A stretch of DNA of 64,000 bases from an uncultured Methylomirabilota bacterium. GTDB taxonomy: Bacteria > Methylomirabilota > Methylomirabilia > Methylomirabilales > 2-02-FULL-66-22. The DNA is taken from contig OY970067.1 of assembly GCA_963705305.1 (NCBI GenBank), positions 1,088,001 through 1,152,000 of the forward strand, in the 5' to 3' direction. Below the pieces are notes generated by a model, which saw nothing but the letters and a program-made list of their open reading frames with translations, had not been told where the DNA came from and did no database searches. A program made the translations under genes and the position numbers. Shown here piece by piece: positions 39,741-50,177 of the stretch; the stretch's first letter is position 1; each line of letters starts with the position of its first letter.

Positions 39741-40850
39741 TCAACGCAGGCCTTCCTCCGCTTTGGCGATCACCGCTTCCGTCGGCAGGCACTGGTCGAA
39801 CCCGTGGGGCGGATACAATCGGAGCGCCTCCCTGGCATGCTTCAGGGAAGCGGTGAGTTTTTCCCTGCGTACAGTCACGTCGTCCGTGACCGCGGCCTCC
39901 GCCAGCAGATCGATGGCCAGCAGATGCTCGATCCAGGCCGTGCGCTGGGGGCAGTAGCCGCGCGGGCGCGAATAGCAGATGGTGACACCGCTGTCGCCGC
40001 CGGTCTCGCCGGCGGGCAGGTCGCGGACATTGTCCAGGTAGCGGTAGAAGTCGTTCTCGTACGGGCTCAGGTCCGCCTGCGCCGCCGCGGTCTTCGACTG
40101 GATGCAGCCTTGCGGCGTGAACAGGTCCTGCCTCATCAGCCGGATCAGTTCACCCTGGTAGTAGAGCGCGTGGCCGTTGTCCGGATCCAGCGCCAGAAGC
40201 TCCCGGATATCGGCTTGCACGGCCGTGAAATCGGGCTTGCCGTTCTGCAGCATGGCATCCCGGGCGGCGGCGAAATGGGTCTTCAGTGCGCCGGCGAGAT
40301 GGACCATGCGCACGGGCGGGCATCTATCGCGGTACACGATCACGCCGGTCACGAGCAGGGCCGCGACCACAACGACAGGGATCCAGAGTCTGCGGGGTTT
40401 CCGCCGCGCCACCGGCATGGACGACGGCCTGCCGGTTCCGGAGGCTGTCCCGTCCAGCAGGCCGCGAACGGTCTGCGCCAGCAATTCGAGATGCGGCGCC
40501 AGCGGCGGTCGGAAGGCATCGAGCCACTGGGTGGTGCCTAGGAAATATTCCATGGAACCCGCTGGCGCCACATCCTCCAGGCGAACCGGGATGATGTCCA
40601 CGCCCTTGGCCACCGCGCGCTCCACCTCGCGCAGCACCTGGGGCGAGCCGTTGGAGCGGCCGCTGAACAGCAGCACCATCACGCGGCAGCCGTTGATGCC
40701 CTCGATGATGGAGCCGCCCCAGTCGTGGCCCGGCGGGATGTCTCGCGGCGCCATCCACACGCGGATGCCGGCATGCTCCAGCGCTGCGCACACCTGCGCG
40801 GCGACCTGGTCGTCCTTGCTGGAGTGGCTCAGGAAGACATCGCGTGCCAT
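39741..40850 (-). CDS. TIR domain-containing membrane protein
   Basis: VFLSHSSKD, VWMAPRDI..G..W, SPQVLREV, IIPVRL; TM segment LWIPVVVVAALLVTGVIVY; Cys-containing TPR-like C-terminus. Confidence 0.85.
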   Translation of the reverse strand: MARDVFLSHSSKDDQVAAQVCAALEHAGIRVWMAPRDIPPGHDWGGSIIEGINGCRVMVLLFSGRSNGSPQVLREVERAVAKGVDIIPVRLEDVAPAGSMEYFLGTTQWLDAFRPPLAPHLELLAQTVRGLLDGTASGTGRPSSMPVARRKPRRLWIPVVVVAALLVTGVIVYRDRCPPVRMVHLAGALKTHFAAARDAMLQNGKPDFTAVQADIRELLALDPDNGHALYYQGELIRLMRQDLFTPQGCIQSKTAAAQADLSPYENDFYRYLDNVRDLPAGETGGDSGVTICYSRPRGYCPQRTAWIEHLLAIDLLAEAAVTDDVTVRREKLTASLKHAREALRLYPPHGFDQCLPTEAVIAKAEEGLR

Positions 40851-41425
40851 GGTGAAGGCCCCCGATTCCGCCGGCACATCGTATCGGCTCTCAGCGCCGG
40901 CCGGTCTCGCCGGGTGCCGCGATGGCGTGGGCTTCCCGCCCCCAGGCGAGCTTCTGCGGCCGCGGCAGGCGCTGGAGGTCCGCTTCGAGCCGCAGCGCCT
41001 GGGAACGCGCGCCCTGTATGCCGCTGCGGTGTTCCTGGAGACGCCGCGCCGGTTCCATGGTGAAGTCGATATGGCCTGCGCCCATTGACGGGTGCACCCG
41101 TAATGGTAGTCCAAGCCGGCTCCGAACGCCAGCACAGGGCGCGGCTGCGGGAGCAGCGTGGCGATCGCCCGCGCCCCGGGGGCGAACAATCGGGAATGCT
41201 GCGGTCTGGGTCGCTCTTACGCCGATATGGATAGTGATAGCGGCAAGGGCGGCTCGCAAGGGAGGATGACAAAGACTGGAACGTCCCCTCTGACGACAGC
41301 GGCGTTCTTCTGTTACCGGCTTGAGGACGGCTAGGCCGTTCGACGTGTCCCACCTTGACGACCCGTCGCTTTCGGCTAAGATGGCGGCGGTTCTTTCTCA
41401 AACCCCGCATTTCCGGAGGTGGTCC

Positions 41426-41980
41426 ATGAACGAGCAGCTCAGGCAGATTGCGGACAGGATCCACGGCCTGCGGGAAATTGCCCACCTGTCCATCGAGACC
41501 TGCGCCCAGGATCTCGCAATCCCCGCGGAGAGATACCGAGAGTACGAAAGCGGCGCCATAGACATGCCGGTGAGTTTTCTCTACCAGGTCGCCCAGAAAT
41601 TCCAGGTGGAGTTGTCCTCCATCCTCACTGGCGAGGAGCCGCGCCTGCGGATCTATTCGGTTACGCGCGGCGGCCGAGGGGTGAACGTCGAACGCCAGAA
41701 GGAGTACAACTACCAGAGCCTCGCGTTCAACTTCATCGACAAGAAGATGGAGCCGTTTCTCATCACGGTGGAACCCGTCCCCGACTCCGCCCCTGTTCCT
41801 CTGAACTCCCACCCCGGCCAAGAATTTGAGTATCTTCTTGAGGGGACCCTGAAGGTCGTGGTGGGCGGTCACGAGGTGGTGCTCGCGCCGGGAGATTCGA
41901 TCTTCTTCGATTCGAGCCATCCCCATGGGGTGATGGCGGTCGGCGGGTCGCCGGCAAAGTTCGTCGCCGTCATCCTTTGA
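41426..41980 (+). CDS. XRE-family HTH + cupin transcriptional regulator
   Basis: HTH ([10 protein letters not shown]), [31 protein letters not shown]. Confidence 0.9.
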   Translation: MNEQLRQIADRIHGLREIAHLSIETCAQDLAIPAERYREYESGAIDMPVSFLYQVAQKFQVELSSILTGEEPRLRIYSVTRGGRGVNVERQKEYNYQSLAFNFIDKKMEPFLITVEPVPDSAPVPLNSHPGQEFEYLLEGTLKVVVGGHEVVLAPGDSIFFDSSHPHGVMAVGGSPAKFVAVIL

Positions 41981-42002
41981 AGAAGAAAGGGGGAACGGAG
42001 CC

Positions 42003-43646
42003 ATGCTCGAGCGGTTTCTCTCCCAGGTCAACTATTCCTCCTATGAAGATTTTGCGCAGAACTTTCGGATCGACGTCCCTGAGCGGTTCAACTTCGCCTA
42101 CGACGTAGTGGACCGGATCGCCCGGGAGGCTCCGGACCGATCCGCCCTGGTGTGGTGCGATGACAAGGGCGGTGAGGCGCGCTTCAGCTTCGCCGAGATC
42201 GCCGAGCGCTCGAGCCGCGCTGCGAACTTCTTCCTCTCCCTCGGGATCGGGCGGGGCGACCCGGTGATGCTCATCCTCAAGCGCCGCTACGAATACTGGT
42301 TCTGTCTCCTCGCGCTGCACAAGATCGGCGCCATCGCGATTCCGGCCACGCACCTCCTCACCCGAAAGGACATCGTGTACCGGAACAACGCGGCAAGCGT
42401 GAGGGCCATTGTCTGCGTGGATGAACCCGGTGTCCTCGACAACGTGGAGGCCGCAGCGGCCGAATCTCCTACCCTCGCCTACCGCATCAGCCTCGGTCGG
42501 GCGAGGGCCGGCTGGCTGAGTCTGTCGGAGGGGATGCACGAGGCGGACTCCTCCTTGGAGCGCAAGCCCACCCAAAGCAAGGACACGAGTCTGTTGTACT
42601 TCACCTCGGGCACCACCGGCATGCCCAAGATGGTGCAGCACGATTTCGCCTACCCGTTGGGCCACATCCTCACCGCACGGTACTGGCAGAATGTCGAGGA
42701 GGGGGGCCTGCACCTCACGGTGGCCGACACGGGTTGGGCCAAGGCCGCCTGGGGGAAGATCTACGGCCAGTGGATCTGCGGCTCAGCCGTGTTCGTCTAC
42801 GACTACGACCGCTTCGCCCCGGCCAGCCTGCTCGACGTCATCTCCAAGTACAAGGTCACCTCCTTCTGCGCCCCGCCCACGATCTACCGTTTCTTCATAA
42901 AGGAAAACCTGAAGCGGTACGACTTCCGCGCCCTTCACACCTGCACGGTGGCCGGCGAGCCGCTCAACCCGGAGGTCTATCACCGATTCAAGGAGCTGAC
43001 CGGGCTCTCCCTGAAAGAAGGCTACGGCCAGACCGAGATGACCTTGGCCGTCGCGGTCTACCCCTGGGTTGAGCCCAAGCCCGGCTCGATGGGGCTGCCC
43101 TCCCCCGGATACGACATCGACCTGCTGAACGAACAGGGGGAGTCCTGCGAGGTAGGCGAGAAGGGCGAGATCGTGGTGCGCACGGACAAACGGTCGCCCG
43201 TTGGGATGTTCCTTGGCTACTACCGCGACCCGGACCTCACCGGGAGTGCGTGGCACGACGGGATCTACCACACGGGTGACGTGGCCTGGCACGACGAGGA
43301 TGGGTACCTCTGGTTCGTGGGCCGCACGGACGACGTGATCAAGAGCTCCGGATACCGGATCGGTCCCTTCGAAGTGGAGAGCGCCCTCATCGAGCACCCG
43401 GCGGTCCTCGAATGCGCCGTCACCGGGGCGCCCGATCCCGATCGTGTGCAGGTGGTGAAGGCCACGGTCGTACTGGCCAAGGGATACTCCCCGAGCCCGG
43501 AGCTGTCCGCGGAGCTCCAGGAGCACGTGAAAAAGACCACGGCGCCGTACAAGTATCCCCGCATCATCGAGTTTGCGACTGAGCTTCCCAAGACCATCAG
43601 CGGAAAGATCCGGCGGGTGGAGATCCGAGAGAAGGATGGGTCGTAG
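42003..43646 (+). CDS. Acyl-/acetyl-CoA synthetase (AMP-binding)
   Basis: [51 protein letters not shown]. Confidence 0.92.
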   Translation: MLERFLSQVNYSSYEDFAQNFRIDVPERFNFAYDVVDRIAREAPDRSALVWCDDKGGEARFSFAEIAERSSRAANFFLSLGIGRGDPVMLILKRRYEYWFCLLALHKIGAIAIPATHLLTRKDIVYRNNAASVRAIVCVDEPGVLDNVEAAAAESPTLAYRISLGRARAGWLSLSEGMHEADSSLERKPTQSKDTSLLYFTSGTTGMPKMVQHDFAYPLGHILTARYWQNVEEGGLHLTVADTGWAKAAWGKIYGQWICGSAVFVYDYDRFAPASLLDVISKYKVTSFCAPPTIYRFFIKENLKRYDFRALHTCTVAGEPLNPEVYHRFKELTGLSLKEGYGQTEMTLAVAVYPWVEPKPGSMGLPSPGYDIDLLNEQGESCEVGEKGEIVVRTDKRSPVGMFLGYYRDPDLTGSAWHDGIYHTGDVAWHDEDGYLWFVGRTDDVIKSSGYRIGPFEVESALIEHPAVLECAVTGAPDPDRVQVVKATVVLAKGYSPSPELSAELQEHVKKTTAPYKYPRIIEFATELPKTISGKIRRVEIREKDGS

Positions 43647-43871
43647 CGGCGGTGCCCTTTCGACGGCTCCTGGCAAGGAGTCGGGTGAGATCCACCAGCG
43701 TCATCAATGCGCGCAATGACAATTGGGGACCTTGCAGTCTATGTCGCCTTTCCGTGCCCCCTCACGCGCTTGCCGAATACGTCGCATCCGGCGACCTTCT
43801 TGTCCAAGGCGTAGCGCGTTGGGGCCCGGGCGGCTTCGGCCGCAGCCGCGGCCCTCGAAAGAGAGAGTGCG

Positions 43872-44657
43872 ATGCGCGAGAATCGAGTAAAGGCGAAGAT
43901 GCGCCAAGGAACGCTTGCCATCGGGACGTCCGTCGGTCTCGCGGATCCCGCTGTCGTAGAAGTGATCGGCCTAGCAGGGTTTGATGCGGCCTTCATCGAC
44001 ATGGAGCATGCCTGCTTCGAGCTCGGCCTGGTGGAGGAGATGGTCCGCGCCTGCGAGGTCGCAGGGGTCACGCCCATCGTGCGCGTCCCCGACAACAATC
44101 CGAAAACCATGCTGCGGCTGCTCGATGCCGGCGTGCAAGGCATTCAGGTGCCACATATCGCCGGCGTGGCAGACGCCCTCGCCGTCGTGAAAGCGGTCCG
44201 GTACGCGCCGCTCGGCGAGCGTGGGATGGCGGGCGCGTCGCGAGCGGCACGGTACGGCACTGTGCCGCTCGGGGAGCACCTCGCGACCTCAAATGCCGAA
44301 ATCCTGTTGGCGCTGATGATCGAGGACCTGCCCGCCCTGCGCGACGTGGCGGAGATCGCCGCCGCACCGGGGGTTGACCTCATCGCCATCGGACCGGGCG
44401 ATCTCTCGGCCGCCCTGGGGGTGAGCGATCCGCGGGATCCGCGGCTCCGCGAGACGATCGAGCATGTCGCGGCGACCCTCCGGCGGGTCAACAAGGCGCG
44501 GATGGCCTTCCCGCTGGGCCTCGCGGCGTACCCGGTGACCCCCGCCCGCCTGCGGGAGATGGGCGTCGCCTACTCGAATTGCTATCCCGGGGACCTGGGT
44601 CGCCTTCTGCAATCCTACCAGGCTCAGGTGCAGCAACTCCGGGCTGAACTGGGGTGA
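43872..44657 (+). CDS. HpcH/HpaI aldolase family protein
   Basis: GFDAAFIDMEH, VRVP, LDAG, RYAPLGERG, MIED, IGPGDLS. Confidence 0.9.
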   Translation: MRENRVKAKMRQGTLAIGTSVGLADPAVVEVIGLAGFDAAFIDMEHACFELGLVEEMVRACEVAGVTPIVRVPDNNPKTMLRLLDAGVQGIQVPHIAGVADALAVVKAVRYAPLGERGMAGASRAARYGTVPLGEHLATSNAEILLALMIEDLPALRDVAEIAAAPGVDLIAIGPGDLSAALGVSDPRDPRLRETIEHVAATLRRVNKARMAFPLGLAAYPVTPARLREMGVAYSNCYPGDLGRLLQSYQAQVQQLRAELG

Positions 44658-45149
44658 GGGCGACAGCGGGGCAGGTTACTTTTGGCCCAAAACTACGCGG
44701 TGGGCCAATCGCTGGAGGGAAGACACGGCTCGATCACCGTAATACGGGACGGTAGTGCGTAGTACGCGAGTACGGGACGTAGCATTATTTGTATAATCTT
44801 CTGCGTTTGCGGCCAGCGGGAGCAATAGGAGAAGCCCACGGGTTAGGGCAAGGGAAAGCGGGAGGAAAATCCGTAGGATGCCGGCACGGCGGGCTAGGCC
44901 TGGCCGCGCGCCATCCGAGTCCCTCCCCTCCTCGGGAGAAGTGGTCCGGGGAAGGCAAGATATGACAGGTAATGCAACTCTGACAGCTTCTTCCGAGCCT
45001 ACATCCCGCAGAGGGGCAAGCTCTTCTGGCTGATCTTCGATCTGGTCCGACAGCGGCATCTGGGGGGCTGGATGCAAGGAAGCAGCCGTGGCGGCGAGGA
45101 CTGTGAACTGCCTCGCACGGCGGCTACCCGGTCCGGGAGGCGGCCGGGT

Positions 45150-46193
45150 TTATGGCCCCGGCTCCAGAAGCACGATCTCGCTGTGGGAGCCGAGACGCAT
45201 CGGCGGCCCCCAGAAGCCGGTGCCCGTGGAGATGTTCAAAAAGGCGCCCCCCGTGTCATGCAGGCCTCTGAGGTATGGATAGAACAGTCCCACCATGAAA
45301 TTGAACGGCCAGATCTGGCCGTTGTGGAGGTGGCCGGAGAGCATCAGCCCGACACCGTGACGCGCGGCGAGGTCGAATCCCGTCGGCTGATGATTCATGA
45401 GGACCGTAAAGATCGGCGTGCGGGGCGTGCGGTCGAGGACGGACTGCATCAGGTCCGTGCCGTAGCTGTTATCGACCCCGATGATCCGGATGCCGTCAAA
45501 GCTCATCGCCTCGTTGCGCAGCCAGCGAATCCGTGTGGCCGCCAGCATCTGCCGCACGTTGTCGTATCCGGTGTAGGAATCGTGATTGCCCGAGGTGAAC
45601 ACGGCAGGGGCGACAAAATCCTGAAGCTGCGGGACTATGGCGCGGGTCGTGGGGTTGGCATTATCGAATAGATCGCCGGTGATGAGGATCAGGTCGGGCT
45701 TGAGGGCATTGGTCTTCGCGATGATGTGGGCGAGGGTCGCGGGCCCAATCGATCCGATGTGGATGTCGGAGAGTTGGGCGATCCTGAGCGGCAGATGGGG
45801 CACCCGCTCCCGGCGGACCGTGATCGTGTGGGCGTTGACGAAGGCGAATACCGCGAGACCGCAGGCGAGGCCGCAGGCACCGATTCCCCACGCCCGCTGC
45901 GGGAGGGGGATCACCAGGGACAGGATCTGCTGGGCCGACAGGATCCACAGCAACAAGAAGCAGACTCCCAGCCACAGCATCGCCAGCGTGTACACGGCGC
46001 CGGTCAGACGGTTGCCGATGGCACTTTCCAGGGCGAGGGCGACCACGAATGACAAGGTGAGCGGGACGAGCGCCACGTAGAACCAGCCGCTCTGCCGGAG
46101 GCCAAACAGGCGGAACAATCGCGCCAGGACATACCAGTTCATCCCCAGATACACGCTGCAGACGATCAGGACGAAGAGCACACGGCTTGTCAT
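45150..46193 (-). CDS. Membrane metallophosphoesterase (YkuE-like)
   Basis: N-terminal TM segments; SDIHIG, TGDLFD, GNHD, SGHLHNGQ, TGFWGPPMR. Confidence 0.9.
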   Translation of the reverse strand: MTSRVLFVLIVCSVYLGMNWYVLARLFRLFGLRQSGWFYVALVPLTLSFVVALALESAIGNRLTGAVYTLAMLWLGVCFLLLWILSAQQILSLVIPLPQRAWGIGACGLACGLAVFAFVNAHTITVRRERVPHLPLRIAQLSDIHIGSIGPATLAHIIAKTNALKPDLILITGDLFDNANPTTRAIVPQLQDFVAPAVFTSGNHDSYTGYDNVRQMLAATRIRWLRNEAMSFDGIRIIGVDNSYGTDLMQSVLDRTPRTPIFTVLMNHQPTGFDLAARHGVGLMLSGHLHNGQIWPFNFMVGLFYPYLRGLHDTGGAFLNISTGTGFWGPPMRLGSHSEIVLLEPGP

Positions 46194-46437
46194 GGCTGGA
46201 CGTTACCATACCCATCCAGGGCGGGCAAGGCCGGCGACCCGCGCCGTCCGGACATTCCCCTTGACGCTTGCAGCGCCAGCGCGGCATGATCGAAAGCATC
46301 CAGCAGGCTGCTAGGACATTTTTCTGTGGATCCGGAGAGCGATGCCGGCGCCGTCGTGGCGGCGGCATCTTCCGGGATCGAGGCACGGGCGAGGCGCGCC
46401 CTCGCCGCCGCTCACCTCAACAACAAGGAGCGTTCCC

Positions 46438-47398
46438 ATGAATCCGGTCGTGCTGGTCACCCGCAAGCTGCCGGAGGCCGTCGAGGCTCGCCTCCGGCGC
46501 GATTACCGCCCACGGCTCAACCCCGACGACCGTCTCTATTCTAGCGACGAGATGATCGAGCGTGCTGCGGGCGCGGACGCCGTCCTTCCCTGCCACACCG
46601 AGCGCTTCTCGGCCCCGGTGATCGCGCGGCTTCCCGACAGCATCCGCATCATCGCCAACTTCTCGGTGGGGTTCGACCATGTCGACCTGGAGGCGGCGAA
46701 AGCCAGGGGCATCGTCGTCACCAACACGCCCGAGGTGCTTTCCGACGCCACCGCCGAGCTGACCATCATGCTGATGCTGGGTGCGGCCCGACGGGCCAGC
46801 GAGGGGGAGCGCTTGGTGCGCACCCGCGAGTGGCGGGACTGGAGCCCCAGCTTCATGGTGGGCACCCAGGTGACCGGCAAGCGGCTCGGCATCGTGGGGA
46901 TGGGTCGGGTCGGCCAGGTCACGGCCCGGCGCGCCCGGGGGTTCGACATGGAGATCCATTATCACGACGTTCCGTCGCCTGCCCCCGGAGCGGGAACAGG
47001 GGGCGATCTTTCATCCGACTGTGGAAGACCTCCTGCCTCACTGCGACTTCCTGGCGTTCCACTGCGTCGCCACGCCGCAGACCCGGAAGATGCTCAACGC
47101 CGAGCGCATCGCCCTGCTTCCCAACGGGGCCATCGTCGTCAACGCCAGTCGCGGCGCGGTGATCGACGACGAGGCGCTGATCGCCGCGCTGAAATCCGGC
47201 AAGGTGAACGCGGCCGGCCTCGACGTTTACAACAACGAGCCGGACATCCACCCGGGGTATCGGGAGCTCCCCAACACCTTCCTGATGCCGCATATCGGCA
47301 GCGCGACCAAGGAGACCCGCGACGCCATGGGATTCCGGGCCCTGGACAACCTGGATGCGTTTTTCGCCGGCCGCGAACCCGTGGACCGGGTGGCCTGA
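46438..47398 (+). CDS. D-glycerate dehydrogenase / glyoxylate reductase, apparent +1 frameshift near 46970
   Basis: SVGFDHVD, VTNTP, GIVGMGRVG, VNASRG, LDVY..EP, PHIGSAT; removing one T restores HDVRRLPPE. Confidence 0.85.
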
Positions 47399-47502
47399 AG
47401 GACCGCTGAGGCACAGCAGGGCAGAGGAGCTGAGGCCTGCGGGCCGGGAAGCGGAGCGCGTCGCCCCTGTAGCTCTTGCCTCCCAGCCGATCGCCCAGGC
47501 CG

Positions 47503-47822
47503 CTAGTGTAATCCGTCCAATGCTTCTTTACTTTTGCGGGGCCGTCATGCCGGCGAAAGCCGGCATCCAGGGTGCCCCGCAGGTTGCTCAAAAAGGCGCA
47601 GATGTCCCTCGACTTCGCTCGGGACCGTGAGCCTGTCGAATGGCAAGGCGGCCTCACCCATCCCTCGGGATGGGTACCCGGGCCGAGCACCCGCCGCAGA
47701 CGGGTCAAGGCGTACCTCCGGTACGCCGCAGCGAGTATCCGAGCGGGCGGGGCACCCATCCGAAGGATGGGCACCCATCAGATGGGTACCCGGCAGATGG
47801 GCCTTTTTCAGCAGCCTGCTAG
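47503..47822 (+). repeat. MITE-like dispersed repeat, copy C (composite, CTAG at both ends)
   Basis: Core CAGGTTGCTCAAAAAGG...CCTTTTTCAGCAGCCTGCTAG plus REP-like hairpin GTCATGCCGGCGAAAGCCGGCATCCAG (47544-47570) and a 39-nt cassette (47605-47643). Confidence 0.85.
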
Positions 47823-48490
47823 GGCGTGATGCCCGACCAGTGCAAGAGCTCGTCGGCCGGCACGCGCGTCCGCGGGAAACGGTTCACCGGCGCTTCCGTG
47901 ACCGGGTAGCCGATGGGCAGGGCCAGCATCACCCGCTTGCTCTCGGGGATCCCGAGGACCTCGTGGAAGATCCAGGGATAGCGGAGTGGCGCCGCCTGCG
48001 GGCAGGTGCCCAACCCCTTCCCGTGCGCCAGGAGCTCCAAGGCCAAAGAGATCGCCCCCACGTCCATAACCGCCAGCTCTGTGAAGGCCCGCTCCATGCT
48101 GAGGAGGATGACCTGGGGGGCGTCGAAGAACCCGATCCCGGCAAGGGACCACTCGTCCTTCCTGGCTTTGTCATCCGCCGCGATCCCCAGCGCCTGGAGC
48201 ACGGCGTTTCCCATCTCCAGGCGGCGCTGCTTGAAGCGCTCGGGAAGCTGCGCCGGCCAGCCCATCTCCGGCTTGCCGACGGGATCGGCGGCTGCCGCCT
48301 CGCGCAGGCGTGTGCGGAGCTTCTGAAGCGACTCTCCGCCCACGATCGTGAATTCCCACGGCTGGGTGTTGGCCGCGGAAGGGGCCCAGTGCGCCTGGTC
48401 AACCAGCTCCCGGAGGATGGCAGGCGGCACGGGATCGGGGCGAAACACACGGATGCTGCGGCGTCCTCGGACGGCGTCTTCGAGCTGCAT
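47819..48490 (-). CDS. Nitroreductase family protein
   Basis: RRSIRVF, APSAANTQPWEF, FFDAP, GLGTC, IGYP. Confidence 0.9.
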   Translation of the reverse strand: MQLEDAVRGRRSIRVFRPDPVPPAILRELVDQAHWAPSAANTQPWEFTIVGGESLQKLRTRLREAAAADPVGKPEMGWPAQLPERFKQRRLEMGNAVLQALGIAADDKARKDEWSLAGIGFFDAPQVILLSMERAFTELAVMDVGAISLALELLAHGKGLGTCPQAAPLRYPWIFHEVLGIPESKRVMLALPIGYPVTEAPVNRFPRTRVPADELLHWSGITP

Positions 48491-48500
48491 GGAAACCTCC

Positions 48501-48830
48501 TTATCCTCTCTTCCAGTTTTTCCCCCAGCCGACGTTGGCGGGAAAGACGGTGGGGCCGGCCCCCACCACGGCGGGAGATGCGAACCAGTCCTGCACCCTG
48601 TCGCGCCACGCAATGAAGTGGGGCGTCTGCATGTGGGCGTCGAACGCGGCCCTGTCCGTGTACACCTCGTACAGGTAGATGCGATTCGGGTTCTGCTCAT
48701 CCTGGATGATGTCGAAGCGGACGCACCCGGGCTCGTTGGCGACGGATCCCCGGGCGTCATCCAGCATGGCGGAGACGAACTGCTCTTTGAGGCCGGGCTT
48801 GATGTCGATGGTCACCACCAGAGCGTACAT
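48501..48830 (-). CDS. ABM domain protein (putative quinol monooxygenase, LsrG-like)
   Basis: EPGCVRFD, LYEVY, AHMQTPHF. Confidence 0.85.
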   Translation of the reverse strand: MYALVVTIDIKPGLKEQFVSAMLDDARGSVANEPGCVRFDIIQDEQNPNRIYLYEVYTDRAAFDAHMQTPHFIAWRDRVQDWFASPAVVGAGPTVFPANVGWGKNWKRG

Positions 48831-48879
48831 GCTGTGTCCTCCCCGCGGGGGCGAGCCTCTCTCCGCAGCAGACCGGCTG

Positions 48880-50016
48880 CTACCAGTCGACACGATACCG
48901 CTGCACCGCCGCCTCGTCCAGCTCCACGCCGATACCCGGCCGGGTGGGGACATGGATGCAGCCTTGCTCCACCCTGAACGGCTCCTTGACCAGGCGGGCG
49001 CGCAGGTCGGCCGGCTCTACCGGGTAATAATGCGTGGGCCACTCCACGGCCAGTAGGTTGGGAATCATGGCTGCGAGCTGCACCGCCATGGCGTCGTAGA
49101 TCGGTCCGTAGGGCTGGTGGACCAGGACGGGGGTGCAGGCCACCTCCGCCATATCGGCCACCAGGCGGGCCTCCAGGAGTCCTCCGGCCCGGCCGGGATC
49201 CACTTGGAGGATATCCGCGGCGTGCCGGTCGATCATGGGCTTGAAGGCATAGCGGGTGACCAGCCGCTCGCCCGAGGCGACCGGCGCCCGCAGATTGTCG
49301 GCCACCAGGCGCAGGGCCTCCAGGTCCTCGGAGCCGGTCGGCTCTTCGATGAAGAACGGGTCATACTCCTCCAGCGCCTGGCCGATCCGAATGGCGGCCG
49401 GGGTGTTGAACTTGGCGTGGAACTCGATCCCCATGTCCACGTCGTCCCCCACCGCCTTGCGCACGGCCTCCACGATCCGTACGACCCGCCGAAGCTCGTC
49501 CCGGCCGATGCCCGCGTCTGCGGGGGCGGCGAACCAGAAGGGGTCGAATTTGATGGTCGAGAACCCCTCGGCCACGCGGGCTTTGGCCAGCCCTACGTAG
49601 ACCTCCGGCCCCGGCTCTTTCTCGCCGCCCCAGGTCTGTGCGTGCAGATAGGCCCGGACCGTACTCCGGCACTTGCCGCCCAAGAGGTTGTAGACGGGGG
49701 TGCTCAGGGCCTTGCCCACGATATCCCACATGGCGACCTCGACCGCCGCCAGGGCCGAGACGTGGAGGGAGCTGGGCCCCCGGACATCCAGGTGAGTTTT
49801 GTAGACCTGGGTCCAGAGCGAGCGGATCTCGAACGGGTCGCGCCCCACCACCAGCGGCCTCAGCTCCTGGATGGCGGCGGCCTGGGCCCGCTCGCGGAAG
49901 GCGTTCCCCGCCTCGCCGTAGCCCACGATCCCCTCGTCCGTCATAAGCCTGACGAACACCCACTTGATCAGGCCTCTGGTGTCCACCAGCGTGGTGTCGA
50001 GGTCGGTGATTTTCAT
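48880..50016 (-). CDS. Mandelate racemase / galactonate dehydratase-like enolase superfamily enzyme
   Basis: TDEGIVGYGE, WDIVGK...PVYNLLGG, KFDP, FIEEP, SGERL. Confidence 0.9.
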   Translation of the reverse strand: MKITDLDTTLVDTRGLIKWVFVRLMTDEGIVGYGEAGNAFRERAQAAAIQELRPLVVGRDPFEIRSLWTQVYKTHLDVRGPSSLHVSALAAVEVAMWDIVGKALSTPVYNLLGGKCRSTVRAYLHAQTWGGEKEPGPEVYVGLAKARVAEGFSTIKFDPFWFAAPADAGIGRDELRRVVRIVEAVRKAVGDDVDMGIEFHAKFNTPAAIRIGQALEEYDPFFIEEPTGSEDLEALRLVADNLRAPVASGERLVTRYAFKPMIDRHAADILQVDPGRAGGLLEARLVADMAEVACTPVLVHQPYGPIYDAMAVQLAAMIPNLLAVEWPTHYYPVEPADLRARLVKEPFRVEQGCIHVPTRPGIGVELDEAAVQRYRVDW

Positions 50017-50177
50017 GGAGTCTCCGGGGTCATGCGTCCCAGGTGTCGGGTCGCGCTCACGAGGGTATGCCCCGAACACCCCGTGGATGTCAAGCCAAAA
50101 GGCAAGCGGCGCGGATGCGCAAGGGGTTGCGGGGGCGGAGGTCACGAAGGACCGAGGGACAGTCGGGTCCCTGGGGG

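Noticed and set aside
47139..47829. Recurring ORFs with MGTHQMGTRQMGLFQQPA / GHPSDGYPADG peptides (also near 16.3, 37.6 and 50.2 kb)
   Set aside because: Translations of the dispersed repeat, not a protein family.
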